Source of the DNA: an uncultured Rhodospirillaceae bacterium
Lineage (GTDB): Bacteria > Pseudomonadota > Alphaproteobacteria > MPNO01 > UBA830
Assembly: GCA_964579285.1 (NCBI GenBank)
Contig: CAZOHS010000006.1
Span: 1 to 43,874, forward strand
Reading direction: 5' to 3'
DNA: 43,874 nucleotides
Shown: positions 20,743-30,628 of the stretch, piece after piece
Layout of the letters: the number at the start of each line of letters is the position of its first letter
How positions within the stretch are numbered: position 1 is the stretch's first letter
Notes under the pieces: model-generated
Told to the model about the DNA's origin: nothing
Database searches by the model: none
Seen by the model: the letters and a program-made list of their open reading frames with translations, nothing else
Translations under genes and position numbers: made by a program

Positions 20743-21513
20743 TTAGGTGACGGATGAAAAACCACCGTCCACAACCAAAATTTGACCACTTACAGATTTA
20801 TTACCATCAATCAAGCTCATCGCGGCCTGCGCGACGTCCTGCGCATTCACCACGCGCTGTAATGGCGTCTGTTTAGCGCGGGCACCCATCAATTTATCAT
20901 AATTCTCACCAAGCATTCGCTGCATCCAATCACCTTCCATCCAACCCGGAGCCACTCCGTTTACTCGCACACCTGAGCGACCGAGGGCACCAGCCAACGC
21001 TTTCGTCATCGTCCACAGCGCGCCCTTACTTACAGAGTATGGCAGAGCCTGAGGACCCGGTCGCGCGCCAACTATGCTATTAGTATTCACAATGCACGCG
21101 TCATCTGACGCTTTTAAGAGGGGAGCTGCGTGTTTTGTGACCAAGAATACCCCGCGCACATTCACGTTAAACACTCGATCCCAATCCTCGACTGCGATTT
21201 GTTCAAACTGCCATGCCAATCCGGTCGTGGTTGTTCCGGCGTTATTACATAGGACGTCCAGGCGCTGAAACCTCGCTTTAACTTCATCTATCATTCGGAC
21301 TACTTCAGCTTCTTCGGCGACGTCAGCTTGGATCAGGAGAGTATCAACCCCGACGTCCGAGCATAGAGAAGCTGTTTTCTCCGCTTCCAGCGTACTTCGC
21401 GCATAATTTATAGCGACGTTATAGTCCGCTTTTGCGAGTGCGATAGCCTCCGCGCGCCCAATCCCGGTCGAAGCCCCGGTCACCAGAGCGACCCTTTTTT
21501 CTGTTAATGTCAT
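20743..21513 (-). CDS. Short-chain dehydrogenase/reductase
   Basis: TGASTGIG, NNAG, S...YSVSK and VRVNGVAPG motifs. Confidence 0.9.
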   Translation of the reverse strand: MTLTEKRVALVTGASTGIGRAEAIALAKADYNVAINYARSTLEAEKTASLCSDVGVDTLLIQADVAEEAEVVRMIDEVKARFQRLDVLCNNAGTTTTGLAWQFEQIAVEDWDRVFNVNVRGVFLVTKHAAPLLKASDDACIVNTNSIVGARPGPQALPYSVSKGALWTMTKALAGALGRSGVRVNGVAPGWMEGDWMQRMLGENYDKLMGARAKQTPLQRVVNAQDVAQAAMSLIDGNKSVSGQILVVDGGFSSVT

Positions 21514-21555
21514 GTATCTTAAACGGGAAACCGTCCCTTTCTCGATAAATCCTAT

Positions 21556-21591
21556 AAACTAAACTTGTCAACGTCTTTAGTTTCTTGTCAA
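21556..21591. promoter_or_regulatory. Candidate operator/promoter elements in a divergent intergenic region
   Basis: AAACTAAA-N12-TTTAGTTT inverted repeat (21556-21583) overlapping two CTTGTCAA direct repeats 20 nt apart (21564, 21584). Each repeat reads TTGACAAG on the minus strand. Confidence 0.35.
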
Positions 21592-21801
21592 TAGCGCGGC
21601 TAGTTCTATAGCAAACACTAATTCGCAAGCTTTCGCTCAAAAGATGTTTTGCACGCTGTTAACAATAACTAGAAACCAAGGATAACCAACTTGCGGTCAC
21701 TGAGTTGATCAACAGAGTTTTACTCAGAATGGTAGCTTGTTTTACATTGTTGATCGTGTTCCCTTTACAGGGTCTCATCACCTTAACGTCGAGCAATCCT
21801 A

Positions 21802-22644
21802 ATGCGCATTATTGACTTACATTGTTATACAAATACCCAGCCTTGGATCGACTGTCAGGGTCCCTACGTCAAGGCTCTCGCAGAGTACTGGGATCGAGAG
21901 TGGAAGGCCAAAGAAGAGGCCGAAGTTATTGCTGATTTCACGGCCGCGGGAGTGGACGCGGTTCTTGTCGCATTAGACTTGGAAACAACCATTAACACGC
22001 CTCCTTGCTCCAATGGTTATGTAACAGCTATGCGAAATCGGCACCCGGAGCGGATAATTCAAGCATGGGGAGCTGTCGACCCGTTTAAGGGAGAAGGTGC
22101 TATCAACGAAGCAATCGAAGCGATCGAAGTTCATGGAATGCTTGGCTTTCATTTTCACCCAATTATGGGTCATTATGCCGTCAACGACCCCGAACTTTAT
22201 CCGCTTTTTGAAACGATAAATCGACTAAAATGTCCCGTTATGATTGACGTAGGAACTACCGGCATGGGAGCCGGCATTCCCGGGGGAATGGGTGCCAAGA
22301 TAAGGCACGCTCACCCTTCCGCAATTGATGATCTTGCCGCCGACTTCCCCGACTTAACTATAATAGCGGCTCACCCCGGTTGGCCCTGGGTCGACGAAAT
22401 GACCGCCGTCGCGCTTCACAAAGGTAATGTTTTTTGGGAAATGTCCGGTTGGGCGCCAAAATATTTTCCCCCTCAACTTAAGGTCGATATGCGAGCCCGT
22501 CTTCAGGACAAAATCATGTTTGGCAGTGATTATCCCAGCCTGCCTTACGAAAGAATATTTAGAGAATGGGATGAACTGGGTTACAAGCCTGCAGTCATGG
22601 AAAAAATCTTTCATGGAAACGCCGAGCGAGTGCTCGGCCTTTAG
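21802..22644 (+). CDS. Amidohydro_2 family protein, CouO-like (aryl beta-ketoacyl-CoA hydrolase-like)
   Basis: IDLHCY, FHFHPIMG, GTTGMGAG.PGGMG and AHPGWPW.DE..AVALHK.NV..EMSGWAPKYFPP...FGSDYP resemble the CouO subgroup as I recall it. Confidence 0.72.
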   Translation: MRIIDLHCYTNTQPWIDCQGPYVKALAEYWDREWKAKEEAEVIADFTAAGVDAVLVALDLETTINTPPCSNGYVTAMRNRHPERIIQAWGAVDPFKGEGAINEAIEAIEVHGMLGFHFHPIMGHYAVNDPELYPLFETINRLKCPVMIDVGTTGMGAGIPGGMGAKIRHAHPSAIDDLAADFPDLTIIAAHPGWPWVDEMTAVALHKGNVFWEMSGWAPKYFPPQLKVDMRARLQDKIMFGSDYPSLPYERIFREWDELGYKPAVMEKIFHGNAERVLGL

Positions 22645-22779
22645 GCAAACGTAAATTCCAGTGTCTTAGTGAGAGACGCGGGGAAGGTATCTACGTTTTT
22701 TTTGGTCTGTATGTGAAAGTGCGTTTTATCACGCGGATCACTCCAGAAATCAGGGTTTCTCAGGGTCAAGGAAAAGATA

Positions 22780-23991
22780 CTAGTCAGAATTAAATAGATC
22801 CGCTTTGGAAACATCATAGTTATAAAATGCCGCCGCCTGACCGGCGGAACTATCGGCCCCGAAACGGCTATTCCAAGCCATTCTGATGTCACGCTTAAAA
22901 CGCGCCAAGGGTGATACGAGATGATTTTGTTTTGCGCGAACCCGCGAACCCAGCTGAGCTCGTGTCGCGCGTGGCTTCCTCACTTCCTCGTATGTTTCTA
23001 ACGCTAACTGAGGGTCATTGGGTGTGCGCGCGATGGCCTCGGCAAGGATACATCCATCTTCTATAGCCATACAGGCCCCCTGCCCCAAATAAGGCAACAT
23101 AGGATGCGCGGAGTCCCCCAGCAAAGTTATACGACCAACCGTCCACCTCTCGAGAGGATCGCGATCATAGAGTGCCCACTTATAATATTTTTCGCTCGAG
23201 TCTATTAAATTGAGAAGATTTTGGTTCCACTTACCATAGGTTTCCATTAGTTCAAATTTGTCACATTCGTAGGTCCAGGACTCTTCGGTCCACCCGTCGC
23301 TGTCATAATGAGCAACAAAATTTACTAACTCTCCCTGACGTCGAACAGGATAATGAACAATATGACCGTGCGGGCCCCACCAAGCGACCATTTGCCGAGC
23401 AAAACTTGGATCAGGTAGCGCTGCTCCGGGCACGAGCCCCCGCCAACAAATACAGCCTGTAAATCGAGGGTCAATTCTACCAAACAGGCTATCGCGCACA
23501 GCAGAGTGAATGCCGTCAGCACCAACAATTATATCTGCTTCAATCGATTGGCCACCCGCAAACGTCGCGATCGCGCGGTCTTCGTGCGGTTCAACCCCTA
23601 TGCACTCAGCATCGGTATGAAAAATAGTACTGGGTAACGCGTCTATTAATATGTTGAGCAGATCTGCACGGTGCATGGTTAAAAATGGCGCTCCATATCG
23701 TTCGGCAATATCACCCGATCTGCGCGGGCGCGCTATAATACGGCCACTTCTATAACTTCTAATAAGCTGTTCGCGGGCCTGAAACCCAACCTCCACCGCT
23801 CTCTCTTCAACCCCAAGATAGCGGAATGCCTTCAGAGCGTTGGGGCTTAAATTAAGTCCCGCCCCTATCTCACCAAGTTCTGGAGATTTCTCGTAAATTT
23901 CAACTTCGAGACCACGTCTGTGAAGAGCTAGAGCAGCGGCAGCGCCGCCAAGGCCCCCGCCAATTATAACAACTTTTGGTTTACGCGACAT
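22780..23991 (-). CDS. Group A FAD-dependent aromatic monooxygenase (salicylate hydroxylase / NicC / 3-hydroxybenzoate 6-hydroxylase family)
   Basis: GGGLGG, EIGAGLNLSPNA, GADGIHS and GDSAHPMLPYLGQGACMAIED motifs. Confidence 0.9.
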   Translation of the reverse strand: MSRKPKVVIIGGGLGGAAAALALHRRGLEVEIYEKSPELGEIGAGLNLSPNALKAFRYLGVEERAVEVGFQAREQLIRSYRSGRIIARPRRSGDIAERYGAPFLTMHRADLLNILIDALPSTIFHTDAECIGVEPHEDRAIATFAGGQSIEADIIVGADGIHSAVRDSLFGRIDPRFTGCICWRGLVPGAALPDPSFARQMVAWWGPHGHIVHYPVRRQGELVNFVAHYDSDGWTEESWTYECDKFELMETYGKWNQNLLNLIDSSEKYYKWALYDRDPLERWTVGRITLLGDSAHPMLPYLGQGACMAIEDGCILAEAIARTPNDPQLALETYEEVRKPRATRAQLGSRVRAKQNHLVSPLARFKRDIRMAWNSRFGADSSAGQAAAFYNYDVSKADLFNSD

Positions 23992-24005
23992 TTGGAGAAC
24001 GGATC

Positions 24006-24533
24006 CTAGGACATAGGTGTCAAATTATTTTCGCGAATAAACCTCTCATAAACAGGAAGATCGATGATAGGCGGCACACTTCCCGCTTGTCCAAACATGT
24101 CGGCAATCCAACCACGATGATAGCTGCCATGGGTAACTAAGTGAAAGAAACAGTTTGCCCGTGACAAGGATCCCGTATTTCCGCCTATAAGTTCATAATT
24201 TACTATTTCTTCAAGTTCTTCGATCTCAAGAGATTCAAAATACTCCAACATTTCACTGTCCATCCTCTGGCGAGATTGCCACAAGTCCCCTAACTCAGTG
24301 TGAATTGTGCCGCGAAGTTCAGAAATTCCGTGACTGCGTTCCTGCATGTGCGCAAGCCAAATCATGTCGACTGAAAGGAGGTGATTAAGGCTTACAAAAA
24401 TCGATTTGAGTACGGTTTTGCGCTCCTTGGTGACCTCAACGGGCGGCAGCTCACTAACTTTGGCGTACAGTTGATCATTAGCCCATCCGTTATATTCGAG
24501 TAAATTACGTATATGACCGCGTCCATCCTTCAT
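24006..24533 (-). CDS. DinB/YfiT family protein
   Basis: YN.WAN, SI...LNHL..VD.IWL and HLVTHGSYHRG His triad. Confidence 0.85.
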   Translation of the reverse strand: MKDGRGHIRNLLEYNGWANDQLYAKVSELPPVEVTKERKTVLKSIFVSLNHLLSVDMIWLAHMQERSHGISELRGTIHTELGDLWQSRQRMDSEMLEYFESLEIEELEEIVNYELIGGNTGSLSRANCFFHLVTHGSYHRGWIADMFGQAGSVPPIIDLPVYERFIRENNLTPMS

Positions 24534-24676
24534 AATGTTTTCCTTGCTAGACCGTCAGGATAATACCGACTGTATCCCCGTTCATCCACGCCAAACCGGA
24601 TTAACCGCTCCTGCGCCTGAAGAGGCTGTATTAACGTATTTTATAGTTTTTTTTATTTGAGCTATGAAAGTTGGGT

Positions 24677-25372
24677 TCAACTCGGTTCTTTTCGGCGCGG
24701 TATTAATAACCACCCAAAAATAAGAGCCGCTAAAGCCGCGCCGGCAAATTCAGCAATGATAAAAGCTGGAACATCGACGGGACGAATTCCAGAAAATGTA
24801 TCCGTAAAGGCCCTGGCTATAGCGACTGCGGGATTTGCGAAAGACGTGGAGGACGTAAACCAGTACCCGGCAGAAATGAAAAGGCCCACTGCATACGGGA
24901 CAGTGTGGGGACAAAAACGTATGCAACCGAGGATCGTAGCCACAAGCCCAAACGCCGCAATAACTTCCGCTGCCCATTGGGAAATCCCGGTACGTACGTG
25001 GGTTGACCACGTAAACACGTCAAGTTCAAACATGAAGTGTGCAATTACCGTTCCGGAAATCCCACCAACTACCTGGACTACCAGATACAATGGCACCTCT
25101 CGCGCAGGAAACATACGTCTCATCCAAAATGCGACGGTTACCGCGGGATTAAAGTGGGCACCGGAAACAGGACCAAATATTGAGATTAATACAACGAGTA
25201 TCGCGCCGGTCGCGACGGTGTTGCCGAGCAAGGCGATTGCATCATTTCCATTGGCCAAGCGCTCGGCCATAATCCCCGACCCAACCACGGTTGCGACCAG
25301 GAAAGCCGTACCAATTGCTTCCGCAAGCAGGCGGCGCTTTAAATCAAATTGGTCCATTTTCTTGTCCGGCAT
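24677..25372 (-). CDS. MIP/aquaporin channel, AqpS-like
   Basis: AEAIGT, SGAHFNPAVT and YWFTSSTSFANPAV; two NPA boxes; VVGSGIMA and GNTVATGAIL are typical of the AqpS clade. Confidence 0.88.
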   Translation of the reverse strand: MPDKKMDQFDLKRRLLAEAIGTAFLVATVVGSGIMAERLANGNDAIALLGNTVATGAILVVLISIFGPVSGAHFNPAVTVAFWMRRMFPAREVPLYLVVQVVGGISGTVIAHFMFELDVFTWSTHVRTGISQWAAEVIAAFGLVATILGCIRFCPHTVPYAVGLFISAGYWFTSSTSFANPAVAIARAFTDTFSGIRPVDVPAFIIAEFAGAALAALIFGWLLIPRRKEPS

Positions 25373-25432
25373 ATCATGTTGGGCAAACTTTTATTATTGA
25401 GTCATTGGAAAGAACGCACGTTACACAAAACG

Positions 25433-26968
25433 TCAGTCACTATCCTTTTCGAAGTGCCTAACAACAGGTGGTTGGCCGGGAAGGCCAAGTCTTTCCCAAT
25501 CACCCGTTACTTTGTCGTAAACTTTTTTACTCAGCATTGTTCTCTTAGAAAAGTTCTTGATATTCTTGTGATCCTTGCAGGCATTTATTAAGGCCTTAGA
25601 TCCGTAGGGCCGATTTTCAGCCGGGTATTGGCTGGGATCAAGTTGAGTACTCCAAGTGTCGCGCAAAATATCAATATCATCGACGGGGTGACTGCGGCTA
25701 GCCATAGCCCACAATACCTGGTCCATATCACAGGGATCGATATCTTCATCGACAGCAATAACCCATTTAGTGTAGTAGGCTCCGCCTGGAACTTGAGCCG
25801 CAAGCGCCAACACTTGCGCGGCATGGCCCGCGTAACGCTGCTCTACACTGACCACCGTCATACCCCACCCACCAGCTGCAGCAGGGTGACAATAGACCCC
25901 TTGGATTCCGGGGATTCCCAGTTTATCAAAATCATTCCACACTCGGGCAGAACGAATAATTGCAAAAAAACCACTTTGTTCACACGATGGGTAATCAGCC
26001 ATTAAGGCATTGGTCATAATCGGTTGAGTGCGATGATGTAACGCCGTGATTTCTACGAGCGGCGCCTCTCCCTCGGGTCTCCCATAATACCCTGTGAATT
26101 CACCGAATGGCCCTTCGGACTTCATTGCCCCAGGTTTTAAGACACCCTCAATAACCAATTCAGCATTGGCTGGTATCAATAAATCGGTTGTCTTTCCTTT
26201 AACCACCGACACCGCTTGATCCCTGATACCGCCAATAAACTCATACTCAGAAATATTTTTGGGAAAACCCTGTGAGCCAACCAGCATAAAAATGGGATCC
26301 ACGCCCCAGGCGGCTGCTACCTCGATCGCCTCACCCCTTTCCCATGATCTTTCGATATGAAGACGAGCGTCTTTGCCTGGAGAGAGATAAAGCCCAGCGG
26401 CGCGTTTACCCTGTTGCATCATGCGATAGGTGCCGACGTTTAGATATCCGCTGTCAGGATCCCGAGTGATGACGCAATCTGCGGTTCCGGGGTACCGCCC
26501 ACCGTCAAGCGGCCAGTGGATTGGTATAGGCAGTTCATCAAGGTCAATATCGTCACCAAGCAAAGTATTTTCGAATACCGGCGCTTCCTCAGGTGCAACC
26601 TCACGCGGGGGAATACGTTGCATAAGCTTAGTTTTAACTTTCGTGATTAGTTCAAGTGTCGGTGTATCCACATCTTCGCCCAGCGTAAGTGCAATACGCT
26701 TGAGGCTTGGTCCCGCGAGGTTCCAAAGAAGTCGAGCATTTATACCCCCCGCCTCAAAGCCCTCAGTTTTCTCAAACATAACGGTAGGGGATGGGTTTTG
26801 TTTAGCCAAAAGATACCCTATCGCACTCATTTCCTGGTCGCGACTAACGGGTTCCGAAACCCGAACCAATTCACCTATGTTTTCAACCTCTTGCAGCCAT
26901 TGGCGAAGGTCTTGAATAGGTTCATTTTGCGTCCGTTGGCTAACCGCGTCGGTGGTTTCTTTATTCAT
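25433..26968 (-). CDS. UbiD family (prFMN-dependent) decarboxylase 1
   Basis: DLRQWL, DGGRYPGT, NVGTYRM, EGPFGEFTGYY, VDEDIDP and LDPS; catalytic R/E/E pattern present. Confidence 0.92.
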   Translation of the reverse strand: MNKETTDAVSQRTQNEPIQDLRQWLQEVENIGELVRVSEPVSRDQEMSAIGYLLAKQNPSPTVMFEKTEGFEAGGINARLLWNLAGPSLKRIALTLGEDVDTPTLELITKVKTKLMQRIPPREVAPEEAPVFENTLLGDDIDLDELPIPIHWPLDGGRYPGTADCVITRDPDSGYLNVGTYRMMQQGKRAAGLYLSPGKDARLHIERSWERGEAIEVAAAWGVDPIFMLVGSQGFPKNISEYEFIGGIRDQAVSVVKGKTTDLLIPANAELVIEGVLKPGAMKSEGPFGEFTGYYGRPEGEAPLVEITALHHRTQPIMTNALMADYPSCEQSGFFAIIRSARVWNDFDKLGIPGIQGVYCHPAAAGGWGMTVVSVEQRYAGHAAQVLALAAQVPGGAYYTKWVIAVDEDIDPCDMDQVLWAMASRSHPVDDIDILRDTWSTQLDPSQYPAENRPYGSKALINACKDHKNIKNFSKRTMLSKKVYDKVTGDWERLGLPGQPPVVRHFEKDSD

Positions 26969-27019
26969 GCTATTATCTTTCTGCTTACTGGGTCCAACTT
27001 AAGCGTGCAAAGATTGTTC

Positions 27020-28024
27020 CTAAACACCCACAGGACCGGTCTGCGTCAACACAAGTCGTCCCTGTATCAAACGTGACTCAACTTTTCGTAGACCATTCTT
27101 ACATTGGTCAAGGGGCATCACCTCTGTAGGCGAGGGTTTTATCTTGCCCGCCTCATATAACTCAAAAATATGATCAAAGCATTTCTTAGTAAGATCCGGA
27201 CGTCGGCGGCGGTAATCACTGATCTGCAACCCTCCCACGTCAATATTTTTAACGAGTAAATAATTTGTTTTCAAAGAGGGAATCTGCCCCGCTGCAAATC
27301 CAATCACCACGACGCGGCCACGCCACGCGACCGCCCGAAGCGCGGCTTCAAATACATCTCCACCAAGCGGATCAATTACGATATCAACACCACGGCCATT
27401 GGTAACCGCAAACACCTGTTCACGGAGTGAATCCCGGATATTATCTCTACTAAGATCCACCGAATAATCCGCCCCGGCGTCTTGAACGAGGCTAACTTTT
27501 TCCGGGCTTGAAATACCGGCGATCGCCGTCCCCCCAAGAGCTTTAATTAATTGGATACAGGCGAGACCAACGCCACCTGTTGCACCAAGCACAAGAACCG
27601 TATCTCCTTTTAGAAAGCGGGCGCGTTCAATTAGAGCAAACCAAGCGGTATCGAAGACGAGGGCCATCGACGCACCGTCAACAAAAGATAATGTATCAGG
27701 AAGGTGATAGCAGTTATCTCGATGGATAGGTGTTAATTCGGCAAAACCGCCTTGTTCTGCCATCGCAACCACCCGATCGCCAAGGTTGAAACCGCGTACC
27801 TTCTCCCCGATAGATTGGACGACGCCTGTTGGCCCTTTTCCAGGAACAAAAGGCAAATGAGGTCGAAATTGGTAGGTGCCGCTCACCATAACAAGATCGA
27901 CGTAATTTACGGCTGTAGCACGGACCCCTATAATAAGGTCCTCTGGACCAGCGACCGGATCGTCAAACTCGGTTAGCGAAAGATTATCGATAGAACCATA
28001 TTCTGATAGAACCGCAGCACGCAT
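27020..28024 (-). CDS. NADPH:quinone oxidoreductase (MDR, zeta-crystallin-like)
   Basis: VNYVD...G.YQ.RP.LPFVPG, LGATGGVG and IGFAAGQIP; no Zn ligands. Confidence 0.9.
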   Translation of the reverse strand: MRAAVLSEYGSIDNLSLTEFDDPVAGPEDLIIGVRATAVNYVDLVMVSGTYQFRPHLPFVPGKGPTGVVQSIGEKVRGFNLGDRVVAMAEQGGFAELTPIHRDNCYHLPDTLSFVDGASMALVFDTAWFALIERARFLKGDTVLVLGATGGVGLACIQLIKALGGTAIAGISSPEKVSLVQDAGADYSVDLSRDNIRDSLREQVFAVTNGRGVDIVIDPLGGDVFEAALRAVAWRGRVVVIGFAAGQIPSLKTNYLLVKNIDVGGLQISDYRRRRPDLTKKCFDHIFELYEAGKIKPSPTEVMPLDQCKNGLRKVESRLIQGRLVLTQTGPVGV

Positions 28025-28033
28025 TAAACTTCC

Positions 28034-29674
28034 TTAGTCGAGGAACTCGGGCACCAAATTGCCCTCCGTAAGCCTCTTTATGATTTCTTGTTTTTCCATC
28101 TTTCCATTAGGCATTAGCGGGATAGAAGTAAGGGACAACCAAAACTCCGGCATATCGTAGCGCGACAAACCTTCGGCGGCGAGATGGGATAACATTTCAT
28201 GTGGTTCGACCGTAGTTTCCTCTTCAAACATCACCGCAAGGCATACGCGTTCACCTAAACGATCGTCGGCGACTGGAACGGCGGCCGCTAAACGCACCGC
28301 TGCATGTCGAAGAGCAAGATCTTCTATGAAATTGGGGTTTATATTATGTCCACCTCGCACAATTAGCTCTTTTTTCCTTCCCGTGAGGCAAAGATAGCCT
28401 TTTGCGTCAATCATTCCGAGATCCCCCGTCAAAAACCAGCCGTCGCTATTTAGGGACGCCTCGCTCGCCGCTACATCATCAAAGTACCCGAGCATTAGTG
28501 ACGCACCTTTGCCGCCAACGACGCCCAATTCGCCGGGTTGCAACCTCTTATCGACGTTACCTTCATCGAAGACAGCCAAATTGTAACCGGGACAGCATAC
28601 ACCGCTGCTGCGCAATATCTGTTCTCTTTCGTCTCCAGGTAAACCATGCTGATGGCCATTTGTTTCGGTCATGCCATAACCTTTCTGAACTGGAATACCC
28701 TTGTCGAACAGCGCTGCAGCCACGTGTTCAGGACATGCTGCGGCGGAAACACGAAAGCATTTAAGACGCTCATATTTATTTATTCCGCGGGAAGACAGTT
28801 CACCAACAAGGTCCATCGCGTGAGTTGGAACGCCAACTAAGTAGTTTACCCGGGCGGCTTCTATACGCTCTAGGAGGCTCTGGCGACGGGGCCAGTCGTG
28901 TATCACAAATTCGCCGCCAGCCACGAACGACGTCCACAGCGTTCCGCACCCCAAGTTATGACTAAAGGGGCTCAAGGAACAGGTAATTGTATTTTTATCA
29001 AAAGCCCAGGCTTCTGCAATTCCCCGAGCCGCAACGAGTTGAGTGTTGTCACTATGCATGACGCCCTTCGGATCACCTGTAGACCCAGAGGTGAAGGCAA
29101 GATAGGTGACCGTGTCAGGATCTTCAATTGGAAGAGGTAATTCTCCTGCATCGCTCTCAATTAAACCCTCAAATGGCGCACCACTCTCACCCTTCTTTAA
29201 ACGATACACCACTCGAAGTTGCGGCAGATCGGAAATAATATCGAGTATTTCATCGCCCTGGGCATCCGCGCCGTGGCCGGGCTCATGGATGTAAGCCGCG
29301 CAGGCGCCCCGCACACAAAGCGCCGCAATTTCGCGGACCGTATGGTTACGATGGGGAGACGGACAACAGACTAGGCCACACCGTGACGCTGCGAGCAGTG
29401 CAACTACTGTTTCTATCCGATTTGGCGCGCCAACAAAAATCGTATCGCCTGGTAAAAGGCCATTACGCAATAGATCGGCGGAAAACAAATCTATTACGAC
29501 TATAAGTTCTTTCCAGGATAGAGCTCGCAAACTATCCCGTACAGCAACACTATTCGGTGTTTTCGCAGCGTGAGCGTGTGCGATAGAGTATAGAGTGTGT
29601 TTTTTCCAAAAACCTGCTGCGTAATATTCGTCCACCGTTGCACTTGTCGGTAGCAACGTGGGTTCAATGGTCAT
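28034..29674 (-). CDS. Acyl/aryl-CoA ligase (class I adenylate-forming; cyclohexanecarboxylate-CoA ligase-like)
   Basis: FTSGSTGDPKGVMHSDNT, YGMTE, TGDLG, GRKKELIVRGG and NGK. The subfamily assignment is tentative. Confidence 0.85.
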   Translation of the reverse strand: MTIEPTLLPTSATVDEYYAAGFWKKHTLYSIAHAHAAKTPNSVAVRDSLRALSWKELIVVIDLFSADLLRNGLLPGDTIFVGAPNRIETVVALLAASRCGLVCCPSPHRNHTVREIAALCVRGACAAYIHEPGHGADAQGDEILDIISDLPQLRVVYRLKKGESGAPFEGLIESDAGELPLPIEDPDTVTYLAFTSGSTGDPKGVMHSDNTQLVAARGIAEAWAFDKNTITCSLSPFSHNLGCGTLWTSFVAGGEFVIHDWPRRQSLLERIEAARVNYLVGVPTHAMDLVGELSSRGINKYERLKCFRVSAAACPEHVAAALFDKGIPVQKGYGMTETNGHQHGLPGDEREQILRSSGVCCPGYNLAVFDEGNVDKRLQPGELGVVGGKGASLMLGYFDDVAASEASLNSDGWFLTGDLGMIDAKGYLCLTGRKKELIVRGGHNINPNFIEDLALRHAAVRLAAAVPVADDRLGERVCLAVMFEEETTVEPHEMLSHLAAEGLSRYDMPEFWLSLTSIPLMPNGKMEKQEIIKRLTEGNLVPEFLD

Positions 29675-29680
29675 TTAAAA

Positions 29681-30628
29681 TTAAACGCCTTGTGACGCAG
29701 CAACCAAGGTGTCCATCTCCATGTCATCGTCTTTTACTGCGCCGATAAGTTGAGTGACTTTTTCAATGCCGCGCTCATCGCACCAAGCTTCTAAATCATC
29801 AATGATCGTTGTTAACGCGGTCGGGTTTCGAAAGCCGGCATAACCGATGCCAACGGCGTGCGCACCGGCAAGCATATATTCCACGACATCTTCCGCCTTC
29901 GTGACCCCACCCACACCAATTACAGGGATATTTACCTCTTTCGCCACCTGGTAGACCATGCGCAACACGATCGGCTTTAAAGCGGGCGACACCATTCCAC
30001 CAAACTTATTACCGAGCGCGGGCCTGAAATTATCTGTACGTATTTTGAGGGAAAGAAATGTATTCGCAATCACGAGTGCGTCGGCACCCGCCTCTTCCGC
30101 AGCGACTGCGATGGAAACAATATCACCGGCATTGGGCGATAGTTTTGCCCAAACCGGCTTATCAGTGGCTGCACGGATACCCTCCATCACCATCTTCGTG
30201 TGATCTTCCTGCAAAGCGAAATTGCCTCCCGTTGTGTTTCGCGTAGGACAGGATATGTTGCATTCAATAACGTCTACATCCGGCACACTAAGCTCGCGTG
30301 CGAGCTCCGCAAAATCTTCAGCTGATTCTGACGAAACGCTTACAACAAGTGGGGGTTTAAACTTCGCGTATTCTGGGACAATATTATCTAAAAAATAATT
30401 AATCCCCTTACCCGGTAAACCAATAGACTGAATAATGCCGGCTTCCGTTTCCGCCATTCGCGGTGTTGGATTACCTACACGGGGTTCCCGGCAAATTGTC
30501 TTAGCCACCAGAGCGCCCAATCTATTAAGATCTATGACCTCATTGTATTCCCAGGAAAAGGCCCCCGAAGCGGGCTGTATTGGGTTTTGAAACATGAGAT
30601 CGCCGATTTTTACAGAAAGGTCTACCAT
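29681..30628 (-). CDS. Dihydroorotate dehydrogenase family 1B catalytic-subunit-like protein (divergent)
   Basis: NPIQPASG, GNPTPRMAET, NISCP, KLSPN and IPVIGVGG; several substrate-binding positions are non-canonical (see findings). Confidence 0.85.
   Translation of the reverse strand: MVDLSVKIGDLMFQNPIQPASGAFSWEYNEVIDLNRLGALVAKTICREPRVGNPTPRMAETEAGIIQSIGLPGKGINYFLDNIVPEYAKFKPPLVVSVSSESAEDFAELARELSVPDVDVIECNISCPTRNTTGGNFALQEDHTKMVMEGIRAATDKPVWAKLSPNAGDIVSIAVAAEEAGADALVIANTFLSLKIRTDNFRPALGNKFGGMVSPALKPIVLRMVYQVAKEVNIPVIGVGGVTKAEDVVEYMLAGAHAVGIGYAGFRNPTALTTIIDDLEAWCDERGIEKVTQLIGAVKDDDMEMDTLVAASQGV

Noticed and set aside
19071-21513. Siderophore biosynthesis cluster (entE/entA-like)
   Set aside because: No isochorismate synthase, EntB/carrier protein, NRPS or iron-uptake genes in the window.
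24534-24676. Possible riboswitch upstream of DinB (CTCTTCAGG, GGATA/TATCC hairpin)
   Set aside because: Lacks the conserved cores of the FMN or glycine riboswitches; only a short hairpin. An Rfam scan would settle it.
24657-25400. 247-aa plus-strand ORF
   Set aside because: Antisense shadow of the aquaporin gene, with no recognisable motifs.
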